A stretch of 64,000 nt of DNA from Planctomycetaceae bacterium (GCA_040255465.1 JBDZVA010000003.1:621174-685173), one strand, 5' to 3'. Positions 18,249-27,915 are shown, counted from the stretch's first letter. Notes: generated by a model not told the origin, from the sequence alone. Numbers and translations: made by a program.

Positions 18249-19835
18249 ATGCCGCAGGTTCGAGGGATTGTGTGGTTGGTCGTTGTGATGCTGGTTGCCT
18301 GCACAACCACGGCGCGCGGCGATGGCATGTATTTCCCCTCCAAACTCGCCGCTCGTGATCCGTCGATCCCCCATCAAACGGCGCTCATCTCCTATCGCAA
18401 TGGCGTGGAGACGATGGTTGTGCAGTCGACGGTGAACGCCGACGGCGATGAAGTCGGCTGGGTGTTGCCGCTTCCTGCGCCGCCTACGTCGATCGAGACT
18501 GCGACGCCGGGAACACTGGTGACGCTCGAGCAACTGGTGCAGCCGCGAGTGATCGAGGCGAGAGAGTTGACCGACTCGCTGGCGTTTGCGATCTTCACGC
18601 TGTTGGCGCTCGCATTCATGTTCGCCGTCAGTTGCGTGTTGCACGGCCGGCGTTCTGCCACAGTGAAGGTGGCTGGATACGTTGCAGCGCTTCCGGTGAT
18701 GCTCGTGCTGGCAGCAGCGGTACTCCTTCCCAGCCTCGGTCGGGCGCGGCAACAAGCGGCCGCGGAAGGTTCGACCCTTGAACACGGCGTGACGATGCTC
18801 ATGCGGGCAGACGTCGGCTCATACGACGTGACGGTGATCGCCGCTGAATCCGGCGAAGACGTGCGTATCTGGCTGGATGCAAACAATTTCACGTGCAGCG
18901 CCAAGGCGGGAAGCGCGATCGATGCCTACGTCGCAGAGGGCTGGTGTTTTGCCGCCGCGAGGATTCGCTGGTCAGCCGACGGCGAGCTGTCGCCGCATCC
19001 GTTGAAGGTCACTTTCCCGGCAGATGAGGTGGTGTATCCAATGAGGCTCACCGGCGCGAGCGCGACCGAGCCCCTGGCGCTCGATCTATTCGTGGTGGGA
19101 GATCTGATGGCGGACTCGCGCGATCTCGATCTGTGGCGATGCGAGGCACTCCAACTCGATCCCAAGGATCCGCATACACCTGCGGACGAACCGCCCATCT
19201 TCAGCGGCGGATCATCGCGTCTTCAAATTGGTCACCCGGGAATCACTTCGCTGATGTGGGACGGCGCGACGCTGACCCATCTACGCGGCTCACTCACTCC
19301 CGCACAAATGACGAGTGATGACGTGCACTTCATATGGGGCACGCCACAGCCCTATCGGCGAACCGTCTACTCGGAGTCTGCAGCGACGAAACACGGTGCG
19401 ATGGTTTCCATGTACCTGGCGGCGCTGACGCTTTTCATCGCGTCGCTGGCGGCGCTGCCATCGCGCTGGCCACTGAGGCAAACGCGCAAGAGAGTGCTGT
19501 GGCCGGGACTGGCAATCGCCATCCTCGCCACGCCCGGGTTCGTTGCCTTTGCTCCGTCGGCCAGAACAGTCGTCGATGAGCATTTGTTCGATCGTCGCGA
19601 CGCACTAACGCGGATGCAATTGAAGCTGTGGGACATGCAATTCGATGCATCGTCGGCCTCCGCTTCCGAGAAATTCATCACCGATCTGCGCGCCGGTTTG
19701 CCCGACCATCTCGTCTGGGGCGATGTGCCCTGCGGCGTGGTCATCGACGAGACCGAGACCGGCTGGGACGTTTCCGTCTATGACACCAATGCCCTGCCGA
19801 TGAGGGTGCATCTGGAGCGCCTTAAGGACAAATAG
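18249..19835 (+). CDS. Hypothetical exported/membrane protein, DUF2330-like (tentative)
   Basis: 528 aa. Signal peptide IVWLVVVMLVACTTTARG, then GMYFP...IPHQTALISYRNGVETMVVQSTVNADGDEVGWVLPLPAPP, which resembles the DUF2330 N-terminal pattern. Internal TM helices are present. Confidence 0.55.
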   Translation: MPQVRGIVWLVVVMLVACTTTARGDGMYFPSKLAARDPSIPHQTALISYRNGVETMVVQSTVNADGDEVGWVLPLPAPPTSIETATPGTLVTLEQLVQPRVIEARELTDSLAFAIFTLLALAFMFAVSCVLHGRRSATVKVAGYVAALPVMLVLAAAVLLPSLGRARQQAAAEGSTLEHGVTMLMRADVGSYDVTVIAAESGEDVRIWLDANNFTCSAKAGSAIDAYVAEGWCFAAARIRWSADGELSPHPLKVTFPADEVVYPMRLTGASATEPLALDLFVVGDLMADSRDLDLWRCEALQLDPKDPHTPADEPPIFSGGSSRLQIGHPGITSLMWDGATLTHLRGSLTPAQMTSDDVHFIWGTPQPYRRTVYSESAATKHGAMVSMYLAALTLFIASLAALPSRWPLRQTRKRVLWPGLAIAILATPGFVAFAPSARTVVDEHLFDRRDALTRMQLKLWDMQFDASSASASEKFITDLRAGLPDHLVWGDVPCGVVIDETETGWDVSVYDTNALPMRVHLERLKDK

Positions 19836-19933
19836 CTGGGAAGACCAGCTGAATCTGAAACAGTCGACCCCCCCGCCCGTCATAGGTACGTAGAGCGAAT
19901 CGCGCTGCGGCGCTCGGTGATAAGGGGTTTCAC

Positions 19934-21607
19934 ATGGGGCGATCATTCAGGTGCGTGCCGGCTGTGTTGGTGGTCGTTGCGATGATGGCGTCCGACCCGG
20001 CTGCGGCTCAGTACCGCAGCAATCCCGTCGCCGTCCCGGTCGACGCGCAGCCGGCGACGCTGGTGCAGTCGGCCATCGTGCGGCACGACGAAGTTGAGTC
20101 GGCGGAGATTCGGGAAGTCGTGTCTGTTTCGCCCGACGGTCATCGCGCCCTGCTCATTGCCGGCGACGAAGGCCTGGATGTCTGGGCGGCGGCGTTTTCG
20201 TTCTGGCCCGAAGCGGCGGTGCTCATACTGATCATCATCGGCGCCTTGCTCGTGCGGCGGACGAGCCGGCTGCGGCGACTGCCGCGAGGCGTTCCCTGCT
20301 GCGCGGTTTGCGGCTACCTCATTCACGACATGACGCCGCGCTGTCCGGAATGCGGCATCGCGCTCACGGCGCGAGCGCTGCGCTACGGCGGCCCGGCGCG
20401 TGTGCATGTGGCGCTGACGGTTCTCATCTTCGTGCTCGTGGTCGGGGCTTACCCTCTCTTTCAGCGCGCCCTGCCGCGCGAATCCGAATGGGTCGCCGAA
20501 CACGCGCGATGGTATTCGCCGGCGCTGGCTGAGAAGTTGCGCGACCATTTTCCGGAGTGGAGCGGGAACTACATCCGCTGGCCCGAATCCATTGTCGAGT
20601 TCGACGTGGAAACGGGCAAGGTGTCGCGAACGCTGCACACCGCGCAGTGGGATCTGAGCGGCGCCATGGCGGCGCCGGGCAGGGGCGGACGACTGGCGAT
20701 GGTTTCGGATGGCGAGCGGGTCATCGTGCTGGACACCGAGAGTCAGCCTTGGCCGAAGGTTGTCTACCGTGCGGCAGAGTCGACGCGACCTGAACTGATC
20801 GGATTCTCGGCTGACGCCCGACGGCTGTACTACTACGAGCTGGAGTCCGGCATTCAAAGTGTGTGCTCGCTCGATCTGGCGACGTCGAAGGTCACTCGGC
20901 TGAAAGCCATACCCGCCAGCGGCGGCGGGTGCTTTGGTCCGTCGGGGCCCTATGTGAAGGTCGACCCGAGGCTCGATCTGGCGATCGTCCAGGACTACGG
21001 CGCCATGAGTCGCGGTGAAGCGCCACTGCGTCTGCTCGATCTGAAGAGCGGGCAATGGGCAGAGGCGCTGGATCGCACGGGTGATTGCTGGCGAGCGCGG
21101 TTCACATCTGACGGTTCGGCGGCGATCGCGATCGACTGGCAGGCGGAACTTCCCGTCCCCACTGCTCCGGGCGCGCGCAACCTGCTCGTCTACTGGCCGC
21201 TGGATGATCCGCAGTCTCCGGTGCATGTGATCGTGCCGTTCGACGGCCTCGACGAACTGGTGGCTATCGATGCCGCCGGGCCGCGCGCGTGGCGGCTTGT
21301 CGCCAGCCACACGCTGGAGAGCGGCGAGTGCCTGCTGCTGGCGCGGTACGTTGAAGTTGGTGAAGACGGTTCGCTGGAGGTCGCGGATCATCATCGGCTG
21401 GTTTCGTGGCCGGCCGAGTGCAGCGCGAGTTCGTGGTCGGATGCTGAATTGGAGTTGCGCGGCGCGGTGCTGGAGTGCCGCAGGACCGATCGAGATGGTG
21501 TTGCGGCGGCGCTGCTCGTGTATGACCTCGACCTGCCGCCGCTTGATGCGGGGCGGCGCGCGCGACAATCGCCGGACGCACCCGCCACGGCGATTGCCTC
21601 AAACTGA
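19934..21607 (+). CDS. Membrane protein: TM / Arg-rich / zinc ribbon / TM / large C-terminal (beta-propeller-like) domain
   Basis: 557 aa. AAVLILIIIGALLVRRTSRLRRLPRGVPCCAVCGYLIHDMTPRCPECG, then TM VHVALTVLIFVLVVGAYPLF, then ~370 aa of strand-rich sequence. Confidence 0.6.
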   Translation: MGRSFRCVPAVLVVVAMMASDPAAAQYRSNPVAVPVDAQPATLVQSAIVRHDEVESAEIREVVSVSPDGHRALLIAGDEGLDVWAAAFSFWPEAAVLILIIIGALLVRRTSRLRRLPRGVPCCAVCGYLIHDMTPRCPECGIALTARALRYGGPARVHVALTVLIFVLVVGAYPLFQRALPRESEWVAEHARWYSPALAEKLRDHFPEWSGNYIRWPESIVEFDVETGKVSRTLHTAQWDLSGAMAAPGRGGRLAMVSDGERVIVLDTESQPWPKVVYRAAESTRPELIGFSADARRLYYYELESGIQSVCSLDLATSKVTRLKAIPASGGGCFGPSGPYVKVDPRLDLAIVQDYGAMSRGEAPLRLLDLKSGQWAEALDRTGDCWRARFTSDGSAAIAIDWQAELPVPTAPGARNLLVYWPLDDPQSPVHVIVPFDGLDELVAIDAAGPRAWRLVASHTLESGECLLLARYVEVGEDGSLEVADHHRLVSWPAECSASSWSDAELELRGAVLECRRTDRDGVAAALLVYDLDLPPLDAGRRARQSPDAPATAIASN

Positions 21608-21614
21608 CGCCCCA

Positions 21615-21641
21615 CCTCATGCACCCCTTGGTTTTTGGCCG
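21615..21641 (+). repeat. 27-bp direct repeat, left copy
   Basis: cctcatgcaccccttggtttttggccg, identical to 22394-22420. It starts 8 nt after the stop of the 19934..21607 gene. Confidence 0.95.
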
Positions 21642-21710
21642 GTTGCCGGAATGCCTACGCGGGGGACAGCCGATATCCTTTCGGAGAGGCTGTGGCGATC
21701 GGAGCAGGCA

Positions 21711-21950
21711 ATGAACTGGCGCGACCATATCGATCGAAATCCTGATGTGCTGGGTGGCAAACCCAAGATCCGGGGGACGCGCATCAGCGTCGAGTTGATC
21801 GTGGGCCGACTCGGAGAAGGTTGGACCGTCGAACAATTACTCGAGGCCTATCCGCATATCAACGAGACGCAGATTCGAGCCTGCCTGGCCTGCGCGGCCG
21901 CAGCGCTCGCGACGGATGACGTGCTCGACATCCCGCTTTCCGCGGCTTGA
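21711..21950 (+). CDS. DUF433-family antitoxin-like protein
   Basis: MNWRDHIDRNPDVLGGKPKIRGTRISVELIVGRLGEGWTVEQLLEAYPHI... is the typical DUF433 pattern. GGAGCAGG lies upstream. The stop overlaps the next start (ATGA). Confidence 0.75.
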   Translation: MNWRDHIDRNPDVLGGKPKIRGTRISVELIVGRLGEGWTVEQLLEAYPHINETQIRACLACAAAALATDDVLDIPLSAA

Positions 21951-22318
21951 GCATGCGAATTCTCGCTGACGAAAACGTTGATCGGCCGATCGTGGCGTGG
22001 CTTCGATCACAGGGGCACGACGTGATCGAAACAGCGACGACGACCCCCGGCGATGCTGACGAAGCGATCATTGCCCGAAGTCGCGAAGAAGGTCGAATCC
22101 TGCTGACATTCGATCGTGACATCGGCCGCATTCTCCAATCAGATCGTCGACCGCATCCTGGCGTGGTGTTTCTGCGACTCGGTGGAACCGGCGAGGAACT
22201 CTGGGATACGTTCAAGCGTGTCTGGCCACGCGTCGAACCAATCGCCACCAACCACTTTGTCACTGTTCGCAATCGGCAGGTCCGAAGCCGTCCCCTCCCG
22301 ATGCAATTGGAAACGTGA
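21947..22318 (+). CDS. DUF5615 / Mut7-C PIN-like toxin-like protein
   Basis: MRILADENVDRPIVAWLRSQGHDV...DEAIIARSREEGRILLTFDRD is typical of the DUF5615 partner of DUF433. It has a 4-nt overlap with the upstream gene. Confidence 0.75.
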   Translation: MSMRILADENVDRPIVAWLRSQGHDVIETATTTPGDADEAIIARSREEGRILLTFDRDIGRILQSDRRPHPGVVFLRLGGTGEELWDTFKRVWPRVEPIATNHFVTVRNRQVRSRPLPMQLET

Positions 22319-22393
22319 GAGGCATCCGCAAACGAAGCGGTCGAATCGGGCTGACTCAATAACCAGGTCCTGACCGCGTTCTGCGGTGTCGTC

Positions 22394-22420
22394 CCTCATG
22401 CACCCCTTGGTTTTTGGCCG
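22394..22420 (+). repeat. 27-bp direct repeat, right copy
   Basis: Identical to 21615-21641. It lies ~95 nt upstream of the clpP1 start. Confidence 0.95.
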
Positions 22421-22514
22421 ACAATCCACGGGCGCCGTATCATCTGTTCCTGCGTCCGATACCTTTGTCGGCGCAGCGAGACTGACACACCCACCTCGGG
22501 GAGGATGGCCTGAG

Positions 22515-23219
22515 ATGACGTTCAATCCGTTTTCTGGTTCTTTTGATCCCGCACACCCGGCTTCGAGCGACCCGCAGGTCGCCGCGGCGGCGATGCAGGC
22601 GTTGCCTCATCTGACCAATTCGGTCAACTACCAGCGCACGCGCGAGATGACGATCGACGAACTGCTGCTCGAGAACCGCGTCGTGTTTCTCATCGGCGAG
22701 ATCAACTACGGCAGCGCGGCGCGGGTGATGATGCAGATGCTCTACCTGGATAACCAGAAAAAGGGCCAGGACATCAACCTCTACGTCAACAGCCACGGCG
22801 GCACCGTGGACGACACGCTGGCGATTTACGACACCATGCAGTTCCTCTCGGCCGACGTGGCGACGTACTGCATCGGCCGGGCGTATTCGGGCGGATCGCT
22901 GATTCTCACGGCGGGGACGAAGGGCAAGCGGTTCATGCTGCCGCACGCCAAGGTGATGATCCACCAGCCGCTGGGCGGCGTGGGAGGCCAGGCCGAGGAC
23001 ATCAAGATCCAGGCCGAGCAGATCATCAAGAGCAAGCGAGCGCTGGCGGAGATCCTCGCCAAGCACACGGGCCAGACGGTCGAGACGGTGCTGGCCGACT
23101 CGGAGCGGGACAAGTACTTCACCGCCGACGAAGCGAAGAGCTACGGGCTGGTCGATGAGGTGCTTGCCGTCGATCCGGCCGCCAAAGAGAAGATCAAGAA
23201 GGCCGCGTCGAATTCGTAG
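22515..23219 (+). CDS. clpP: ATP-dependent Clp protease proteolytic subunit (ClpP paralog 1, N-terminally extended)
   Basis: ENRVVFLIGEINYGSAARVMMQMLYLDNQ...YVNSHGG...CIGRAYSGGSLIL...MIHQPLGG...SERDKYFTADEAKSYGLVDEVL, with Ser/His/Asp positions present. ATG 22515 is in frame with ORF 22386. Confidence 0.85.
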   Translation: MTFNPFSGSFDPAHPASSDPQVAAAAMQALPHLTNSVNYQRTREMTIDELLLENRVVFLIGEINYGSAARVMMQMLYLDNQKKGQDINLYVNSHGGTVDDTLAIYDTMQFLSADVATYCIGRAYSGGSLILTAGTKGKRFMLPHAKVMIHQPLGGVGGQAEDIKIQAEQIIKSKRALAEILAKHTGQTVETVLADSERDKYFTADEAKSYGLVDEVLAVDPAAKEKIKKAASNS

Positions 23220-23316
23220 GGTTTGATCGATCGACACCGGTCCTTCGCGGACAATTACAGCATCATCTGCGCGGCCCAAGCCTGATCGTGCGTCGCGCTC
23301 AATCAAGGATTTCATC

Positions 23317-23940
23317 ATGCCGAATCTCATTCCGATCGTCGTCGAACAATCCGGCCGCGGCGAGCGCGCTTACGACATCTATTCGCGTCTGCTCAAGGAT
23401 CGCATCATCTTCCTCGGCGGAGGCGTCGATGACGACGAGGCGAACCTCATCGTCGCGCAGTTGCTCTTCCTGGCCAATGACGACCCCAAGTCGGACATCC
23501 AGTTCTACATCAACTCGCCGGGCGGCAGCGTCACGGCGGGTCTGGGCATTCTCGACACGATGAACTACATCCCCTGCGACGTGGCGACCTACTGCGTCGG
23601 GCAGGCGGCATCGATGGGCGCGGTCTTGCTGGCCGGCGGCGAGCCGGGCAAGCGCTACTGCCTGCCGTCGAGTCGCATCCTGCTCCATCAGCCGCTCATC
23701 GGCGGCGTGATGGAAGGACAGGCGACGGACCTCGAGATCGAGGCGCGCGAGATGCTGCGTCTGCGGGAGATGCTCTACAAGGGCCTGGCCAAGGCGACGG
23801 GCAAGAGTTTCGAGCAGATCGAAGCGGACTGCGATCGCAACAAGTGGCTCAGCGCTGAAGAAGGCAAGCAGTACGGCCTGATCGACGCGGTGCTGAGTCG
23901 CGCGGAGATGATCGGAGCGGGGAAGAAGAAGGAAGACTGA
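23317..23940 (+). CDS. clpP: ATP-dependent Clp protease proteolytic subunit (ClpP paralog 2)
   Basis: [20 protein letters not shown]...[19 protein letters not shown]...[16 protein letters not shown]...LLHQPL; canonical ClpP. Confidence 0.92.
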   Translation: MPNLIPIVVEQSGRGERAYDIYSRLLKDRIIFLGGGVDDDEANLIVAQLLFLANDDPKSDIQFYINSPGGSVTAGLGILDTMNYIPCDVATYCVGQAASMGAVLLAGGEPGKRYCLPSSRILLHQPLIGGVMEGQATDLEIEAREMLRLREMLYKGLAKATGKSFEQIEADCDRNKWLSAEEGKQYGLIDAVLSRAEMIGAGKKKED

Positions 23941-23979
23941 GCGACTCCACGTCTCATCCCATATAAGGCTGAATCCACG

Positions 23980-24014
23980 GCCCCACGTCAGATGGCGTGG
24001 GGCTGTTGCTTTTG
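23980..24014 (+). terminator. Hairpin terminator after clpP2
   Basis: gccccacg (23980-23987), 8-nt loop, cgtggggc (23996-24003), then tgttgctttt. Confidence 0.5.
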
Positions 24015-24068
24015 GACACGCAAGACACGGGCTCAGACACGTAGAATGCGCCGGGGCAACTGAAGGGA

Positions 24069-24605
24069 GTGGAGCGCATGCGGCCCGGCCGGCTGGCATT
24101 GATCTACCGATCAGGTGCACTGTCACTCATGGCGGGCATCGTGTTCGGCTACTTGACGTTCTTCGTATCGCTCTTCGGCACATCCGTGCTGTGGTTTCTG
24201 TACGGTCCATCGAAACCCCCGGCGGCTGCATCAACACCAACACTGGCACTGACTTCGCTCCTCCTCGGTTTTGGCGTGTTCGGCGTGTTCCTGTGGCGGT
24301 GCCGCCGCCAGCGGCAGTTGCTTTTCCGCGAACTCTGGCCGCATCGGCTGGCAGTCTGTCCGACCTGTATCTATCCCCTCATGCGCCACAGGGAGCGCTG
24401 CAGCGAGTGCGGCCGGGAGATCAAGTGCTGCGAAGCGCAACAGTTCTGGGTTGGCGTGTTTTGGATGCCGATCGACGTCATGTGGCCGGAAGGGTGGGTC
24501 ATTCGAAGGGCAGCACAGCGCCGGCGCAATCGCGGCTGGTCGAGACGACACTTCGGCCGTTGGTTCAAGTGGTATCGCCCGCGATCCCTGCTGCCGCTGC
24601 GCTGA
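24069..24605 (+). CDS. Membrane protein of the TM / Arg-rich / zinc-ribbon family
   Basis: 178 aa. Two TM helices, then WRCRRQRQLLFRELWPHRLAVCPTCIYPLMRHRERCSECG, followed by an Arg/Trp-rich tail. Confidence 0.55.
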   Translation: MERMRPGRLALIYRSGALSLMAGIVFGYLTFFVSLFGTSVLWFLYGPSKPPAAASTPTLALTSLLLGFGVFGVFLWRCRRQRQLLFRELWPHRLAVCPTCIYPLMRHRERCSECGREIKCCEAQQFWVGVFWMPIDVMWPEGWVIRRAAQRRRNRGWSRRHFGRWFKWYRPRSLLPLR

Positions 24606-24656
24606 GCCCCGCGAGCCGGCTCGACCGACTCGCCCCATCCACGATATACTCTTCAC

Positions 24657-24911
24657 ATGGGACGGATGGCTCACGGCACTCAGACGGAGCGGAGCGGGCA
24701 GCGCAAGGCTGCGGCGATCTGTTCGGTCGTTGTGTGTGTCGCGATAACTTCGGCGCTGGGCGGCTGCACGAAACCCCTGTTTCCCGATAACACATACAGG
24801 ACGCAATACGACCAGTACGACCGGCTGCGCGGGTCGTTTGTCGAGCCGCATCAGACGGACCTGTACGGCAAGCCGGTCCCCGCGCTGCGCCAGCGCCTGC
24901 GTCAGAACTGA
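24657..24911 (+). CDS. Small putative lipoprotein
   Basis: AAAICSVVVCVAITSALGGCTKP is a signal peptide plus lipobox. 84 aa. The start is uncertain. Confidence 0.45.
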   Translation: MGRMAHGTQTERSGQRKAAAICSVVVCVAITSALGGCTKPLFPDNTYRTQYDQYDRLRGSFVEPHQTDLYGKPVPALRQRLRQN

Positions 24912-25066
24912 TGCCTGACTGGTGAGCCGCGGTCCGCAACGCTGCGAACTCTTGCCCAGCCACCTAAAGCGGCATGACCTTGGGAGTTTTTCGGAAATTC
25001 ACAAAGATTTTTCGTCAACGTCGACGATAGTTCATTGGCAGACCGGAATGGTGGGGTACACTGATT

Positions 25067-25735
25067 GTGACCATGATCCCAACGACTCGTTTCGACTTCG
25101 CTTCCCAGCCGCACCGCCGCGCGGTGACGGTGTGGGGTGCGTTTGTAGCGACGATGACGGTTGTCGGGGGTCTGCTGCTGATCAGTGACCCGGCACCGGC
25201 GCCGCGGCTGAGTTCGAGCCGCCCCGCGCTGAGCGCCAATCTGGGTGTTCGGACGATCGGCACCGTGTTTGACACGGCGGTACCCGTCAAGAAAGAGCAG
25301 TGGCTTGAGATCATCATCCACGACTCGGGCAGCCAGCACGGCTCGGTGGAGAGCCTGGCCCGCGAGGCGCAGTCCGGCGGGCTCAAGGGGCTCGGTTACC
25401 ACTTTGTGATCGGCAACGGCAACGGGATGGGTGATGGCGAGTTGCACGTGGGCTATCGGTGGAACGAGCAGCTCGCGGGAGCACACATTGCCGGACCCAA
25501 CGCCGCGTGGCACAACGTGCACAGCGTGTCGATCTGCCTGGTGGGCAACGGTCAGGCGGCCGAGTTCACCCCGCGGCAGATCCAGCGCCTTGTGGATCTC
25601 GTCCGAGGTCTGCAGGAAGAGCTCGACATCGATATCGAACACGTCCTGCTCAACTCTGCCCTGACCGGGCGACCCAGCCCGGGACGAAACTTCCCCGAAC
25701 AGCGATTTCGGGACCAACTTCGTCTGAACGGCTGA
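25067..25735 (+). CDS. N-acetylmuramoyl-L-alanine amidase (Amidase_2 / PGRP-like) with N-terminal TM anchor
   Basis: TM VWGAFVATMTVVGGLLLI, then IIIHDSGS...GYHFVIGNGNGMGDGELHVGYRWNEQLAGAH...SICLVGNG...FTPRQIQRLVDLV. Confidence 0.8.
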   Translation: MTMIPTTRFDFASQPHRRAVTVWGAFVATMTVVGGLLLISDPAPAPRLSSSRPALSANLGVRTIGTVFDTAVPVKKEQWLEIIIHDSGSQHGSVESLAREAQSGGLKGLGYHFVIGNGNGMGDGELHVGYRWNEQLAGAHIAGPNAAWHNVHSVSICLVGNGQAAEFTPRQIQRLVDLVRGLQEELDIDIEHVLLNSALTGRPSPGRNFPEQRFRDQLRLNG

Positions 25736-25936
25736 GATTCGGGCCGCGCATCCCCGTATAATCGATTTCCTGGTGAGAAAGGCGGTCGCCCCGGCACAGG
25801 GTTCACGCCTCCGACATGTTTGTATCAAGTTGTGCCCAGATGGGGCCGATCCCAAGGGATAGGCGTCGAAGTGACAGTGCCGGTATGCTTGACCGGGAAA
25901 GCAGAACGGCGTTAATGCCCCCAGCAGGGTTGAGAC

Positions 25937-26839
25937 GTGAACCAATCAGCGGTACAGCGAGAGTACACTGTGGCGCCCGGTACAGAGATAGCAGGTTTTC
26001 GCGTCCTCAAGGAACTTGGCACCGGTGCCGCGTCCTTCCTCTACCTCGTGCAGGACCCGCGCTCGAAGCAGATCTGGGCCCTCAAGCACGTCCGCAAAGA
26101 GACTGAAAAAGACCAGCGCTTCCTCGATCAGACCGAGATCGAGTACTCTGTCGGCACGCAACTGAACCACCCGCACATCCGCCATGTCGAGCGACTCATC
26201 AAGAACCGCCGCGTCCTTCGCGTGACGGAGATGTTCCTGCTGCTCGAACTGGTCGACGGCATTCCGCTGGACAAGCAGCCCCCCACCACGTTCCTCGAAG
26301 CCGCCGATGTCTTCACTCAGGTCGCCGACGGCCTGCTGTACATGCACGGCCGCGGCTTTGTCCATGCGGACATGAAGCCCAACAACGTGATCGTGACCGA
26401 AGCGGGCAAGGCCAAGGTAATCGACCTCGGCCAGTCGTGCGCGGTGGGCACGATCAAAGAGCGCATCCAGGGCACGATGGACTACATCGCGCCCGAGCAG
26501 GTGCATCGCCGGGCTATCACGCCGTCGACGGACGTCTATAACCTCGGCGCCACGATGTACTGGTGCGTGACGGGCCAGCACATCCCCACCGCGATGACCG
26601 ACCGCACGGGCTTTGGCGTGGCCAAGGATGACCACCAGATCGACCGGCCGATTCCGCCCATCGAGATCAAGCCGAACATCACTCAGGAGTTCAGCGATCT
26701 CATTCTCGAATGCGTCGATCCTGATCCGGAGCGCCGGCCGAGCATGGAGACAGTCCGGAATCGACTTCAGGTGATTCACCTGCGACTCGAGAGCGCCGAG
26801 CGCCGGGCCAACGGACTGCCTCCCGAGACTGCGAGCTGA
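25937..26839 (+). CDS. Ser/Thr protein kinase
   Basis: GTGAAS glycine loop, WALKHV lysine, catalytic loop HADMKPNNVIV, DLGQS, and the activation segment ending APEQ. GTG start. Confidence 0.85.
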   Translation: MNQSAVQREYTVAPGTEIAGFRVLKELGTGAASFLYLVQDPRSKQIWALKHVRKETEKDQRFLDQTEIEYSVGTQLNHPHIRHVERLIKNRRVLRVTEMFLLLELVDGIPLDKQPPTTFLEAADVFTQVADGLLYMHGRGFVHADMKPNNVIVTEAGKAKVIDLGQSCAVGTIKERIQGTMDYIAPEQVHRRAITPSTDVYNLGATMYWCVTGQHIPTAMTDRTGFGVAKDDHQIDRPIPPIEIKPNITQEFSDLILECVDPDPERRPSMETVRNRLQVIHLRLESAERRANGLPPETAS

Positions 26840-26871
26840 GTCGGTTCCTCGCGGTTGGACACCGAATCATA

Positions 26872-26916
26872 CAAAAAAGAGAGCGACGCCTCTTCGGGCG
26901 CCGCTCGATGGGTTTT
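26872..26916 (-). terminator. Hairpin terminator for the PEP-CTERM gene (weakly bidirectional)
   Basis: gagcgacgcc / ggcgccgctc stem with one mismatch (26881-26906). On the minus strand it is followed by ctcttttttgt; on the plus strand by gatgggtttt. Confidence 0.55.
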
Positions 26917-26932
26917 CTGAACTGTTGGTCGC

Positions 26933-27679
26933 TCAACTCTGGCGACGACGGCGGCGCATCGCCAGTCCGCCGAGGCCGAGCAGGACCATCGATCCCGGCG
27001 CGGGGATAAGATCGCCCTTGAAGCGAATGCGGTCGATGTAGAGCGCTTCGGAACTGGAGTTGCTCTCGAGTTCGAAGTGGAGTTGAGCGGTGCTGTAGCC
27101 ATCGAGGCTGATCTGGCTGGTGATCCACGCGCCCTCGATGCCGAGGTCGTCGATATCCGAACCGGTCGTGTTGATGAGATCGAGTTCGGTGCTGCCGTCG
27201 ACGGTGACCCAGATGCGGAAGTAGTCGTCCTGCTCCCAGCCGGTTTCCTGGGCGAAGAAGTCGATGCAGACGGAGAGGTTCATGTAGCCGGCGAGGCTGA
27301 CGGTGTCGAAGGTGGTCGTCATCAGGCCGTCGGAGTCGGAGATCTGAAAGCCCTGCAGGCCGTCGGTGTAGGCGCCGACGACGCCGACAAAGTCGGTGGT
27401 GCCGACGAAGTCGCCATCGGTGAGGCCGACGTCGTTGCGTGTGTTCCTGTAGTAGGAGGTGAAGCCGAGTTCGCCGCCGCTGGAGGTCCAGTTGACGTAC
27501 GGCTCGCCGGGGTTGTCGAGCAGCGCGTGGTCAATGCCGGCGTCCAGCGTGTCGACGTATTGTACAGTGAAGACCGGCGGCTCTTCAAAACTGGTGTAGG
27601 CGATGACGTCGGCGGATGCGGCGGCAGCCACGACGCCGAGCCCGAGCAGAACGAGTGAAATGTTGATGGCGCGATTCAT
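26933..27679 (-). CDS. PEP-CTERM-anchored secreted protein
   Basis: Signal peptide MNRAINISLVLLGLGVVAAAASA after GGGAGGAAAGAG. C-terminus IPAPGSMVLLGLGGLAMRRRRRQS is a PEP-CTERM-type motif (PAP variant, TM, Arg cluster). Confidence 0.75.
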   Translation of the reverse strand: MNRAINISLVLLGLGVVAAAASADVIAYTSFEEPPVFTVQYVDTLDAGIDHALLDNPGEPYVNWTSSGGELGFTSYYRNTRNDVGLTDGDFVGTTDFVGVVGAYTDGLQGFQISDSDGLMTTTFDTVSLAGYMNLSVCIDFFAQETGWEQDDYFRIWVTVDGSTELDLINTTGSDIDDLGIEGAWITSQISLDGYSTAQLHFELESNSSSEALYIDRIRFKGDLIPAPGSMVLLGLGGLAMRRRRRQS

Positions 27680-27866
27680 GATCTTTCTCTTTCCTCCCTT
27701 TGGTTGAATGCGGAACGAAGCAGGGCCAGCCTTCCGGCCACGTCGGAAGCCGACTCTGACACTCTTGGCGCGCCGAGCGACGCTCGCCATTCAATCGTGC
27801 GTTTTTTGCGCGAATTGAGAACTTGCCCTGTTTCACAGGCGGGTGTGGAGATCGAGACGATCTCGA

Positions 27867-27890
27867 CGCGACGCATGCGTCGCCGCTCAA
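27867..27890 (+). repeat. Single REP-like palindromic unit
   Basis: cgcgacgcatgcgtcgccgctcaa has the same core as the 3817-3876 and 5190-5270 elements. A separate 7-bp inverted repeat gagatcg aga cgatctc lies at 27848-27864. Confidence 0.8.
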
Positions 27891-27915
27891 CGTTAGTTGT
27901 CGGCGCTGACGGTCA

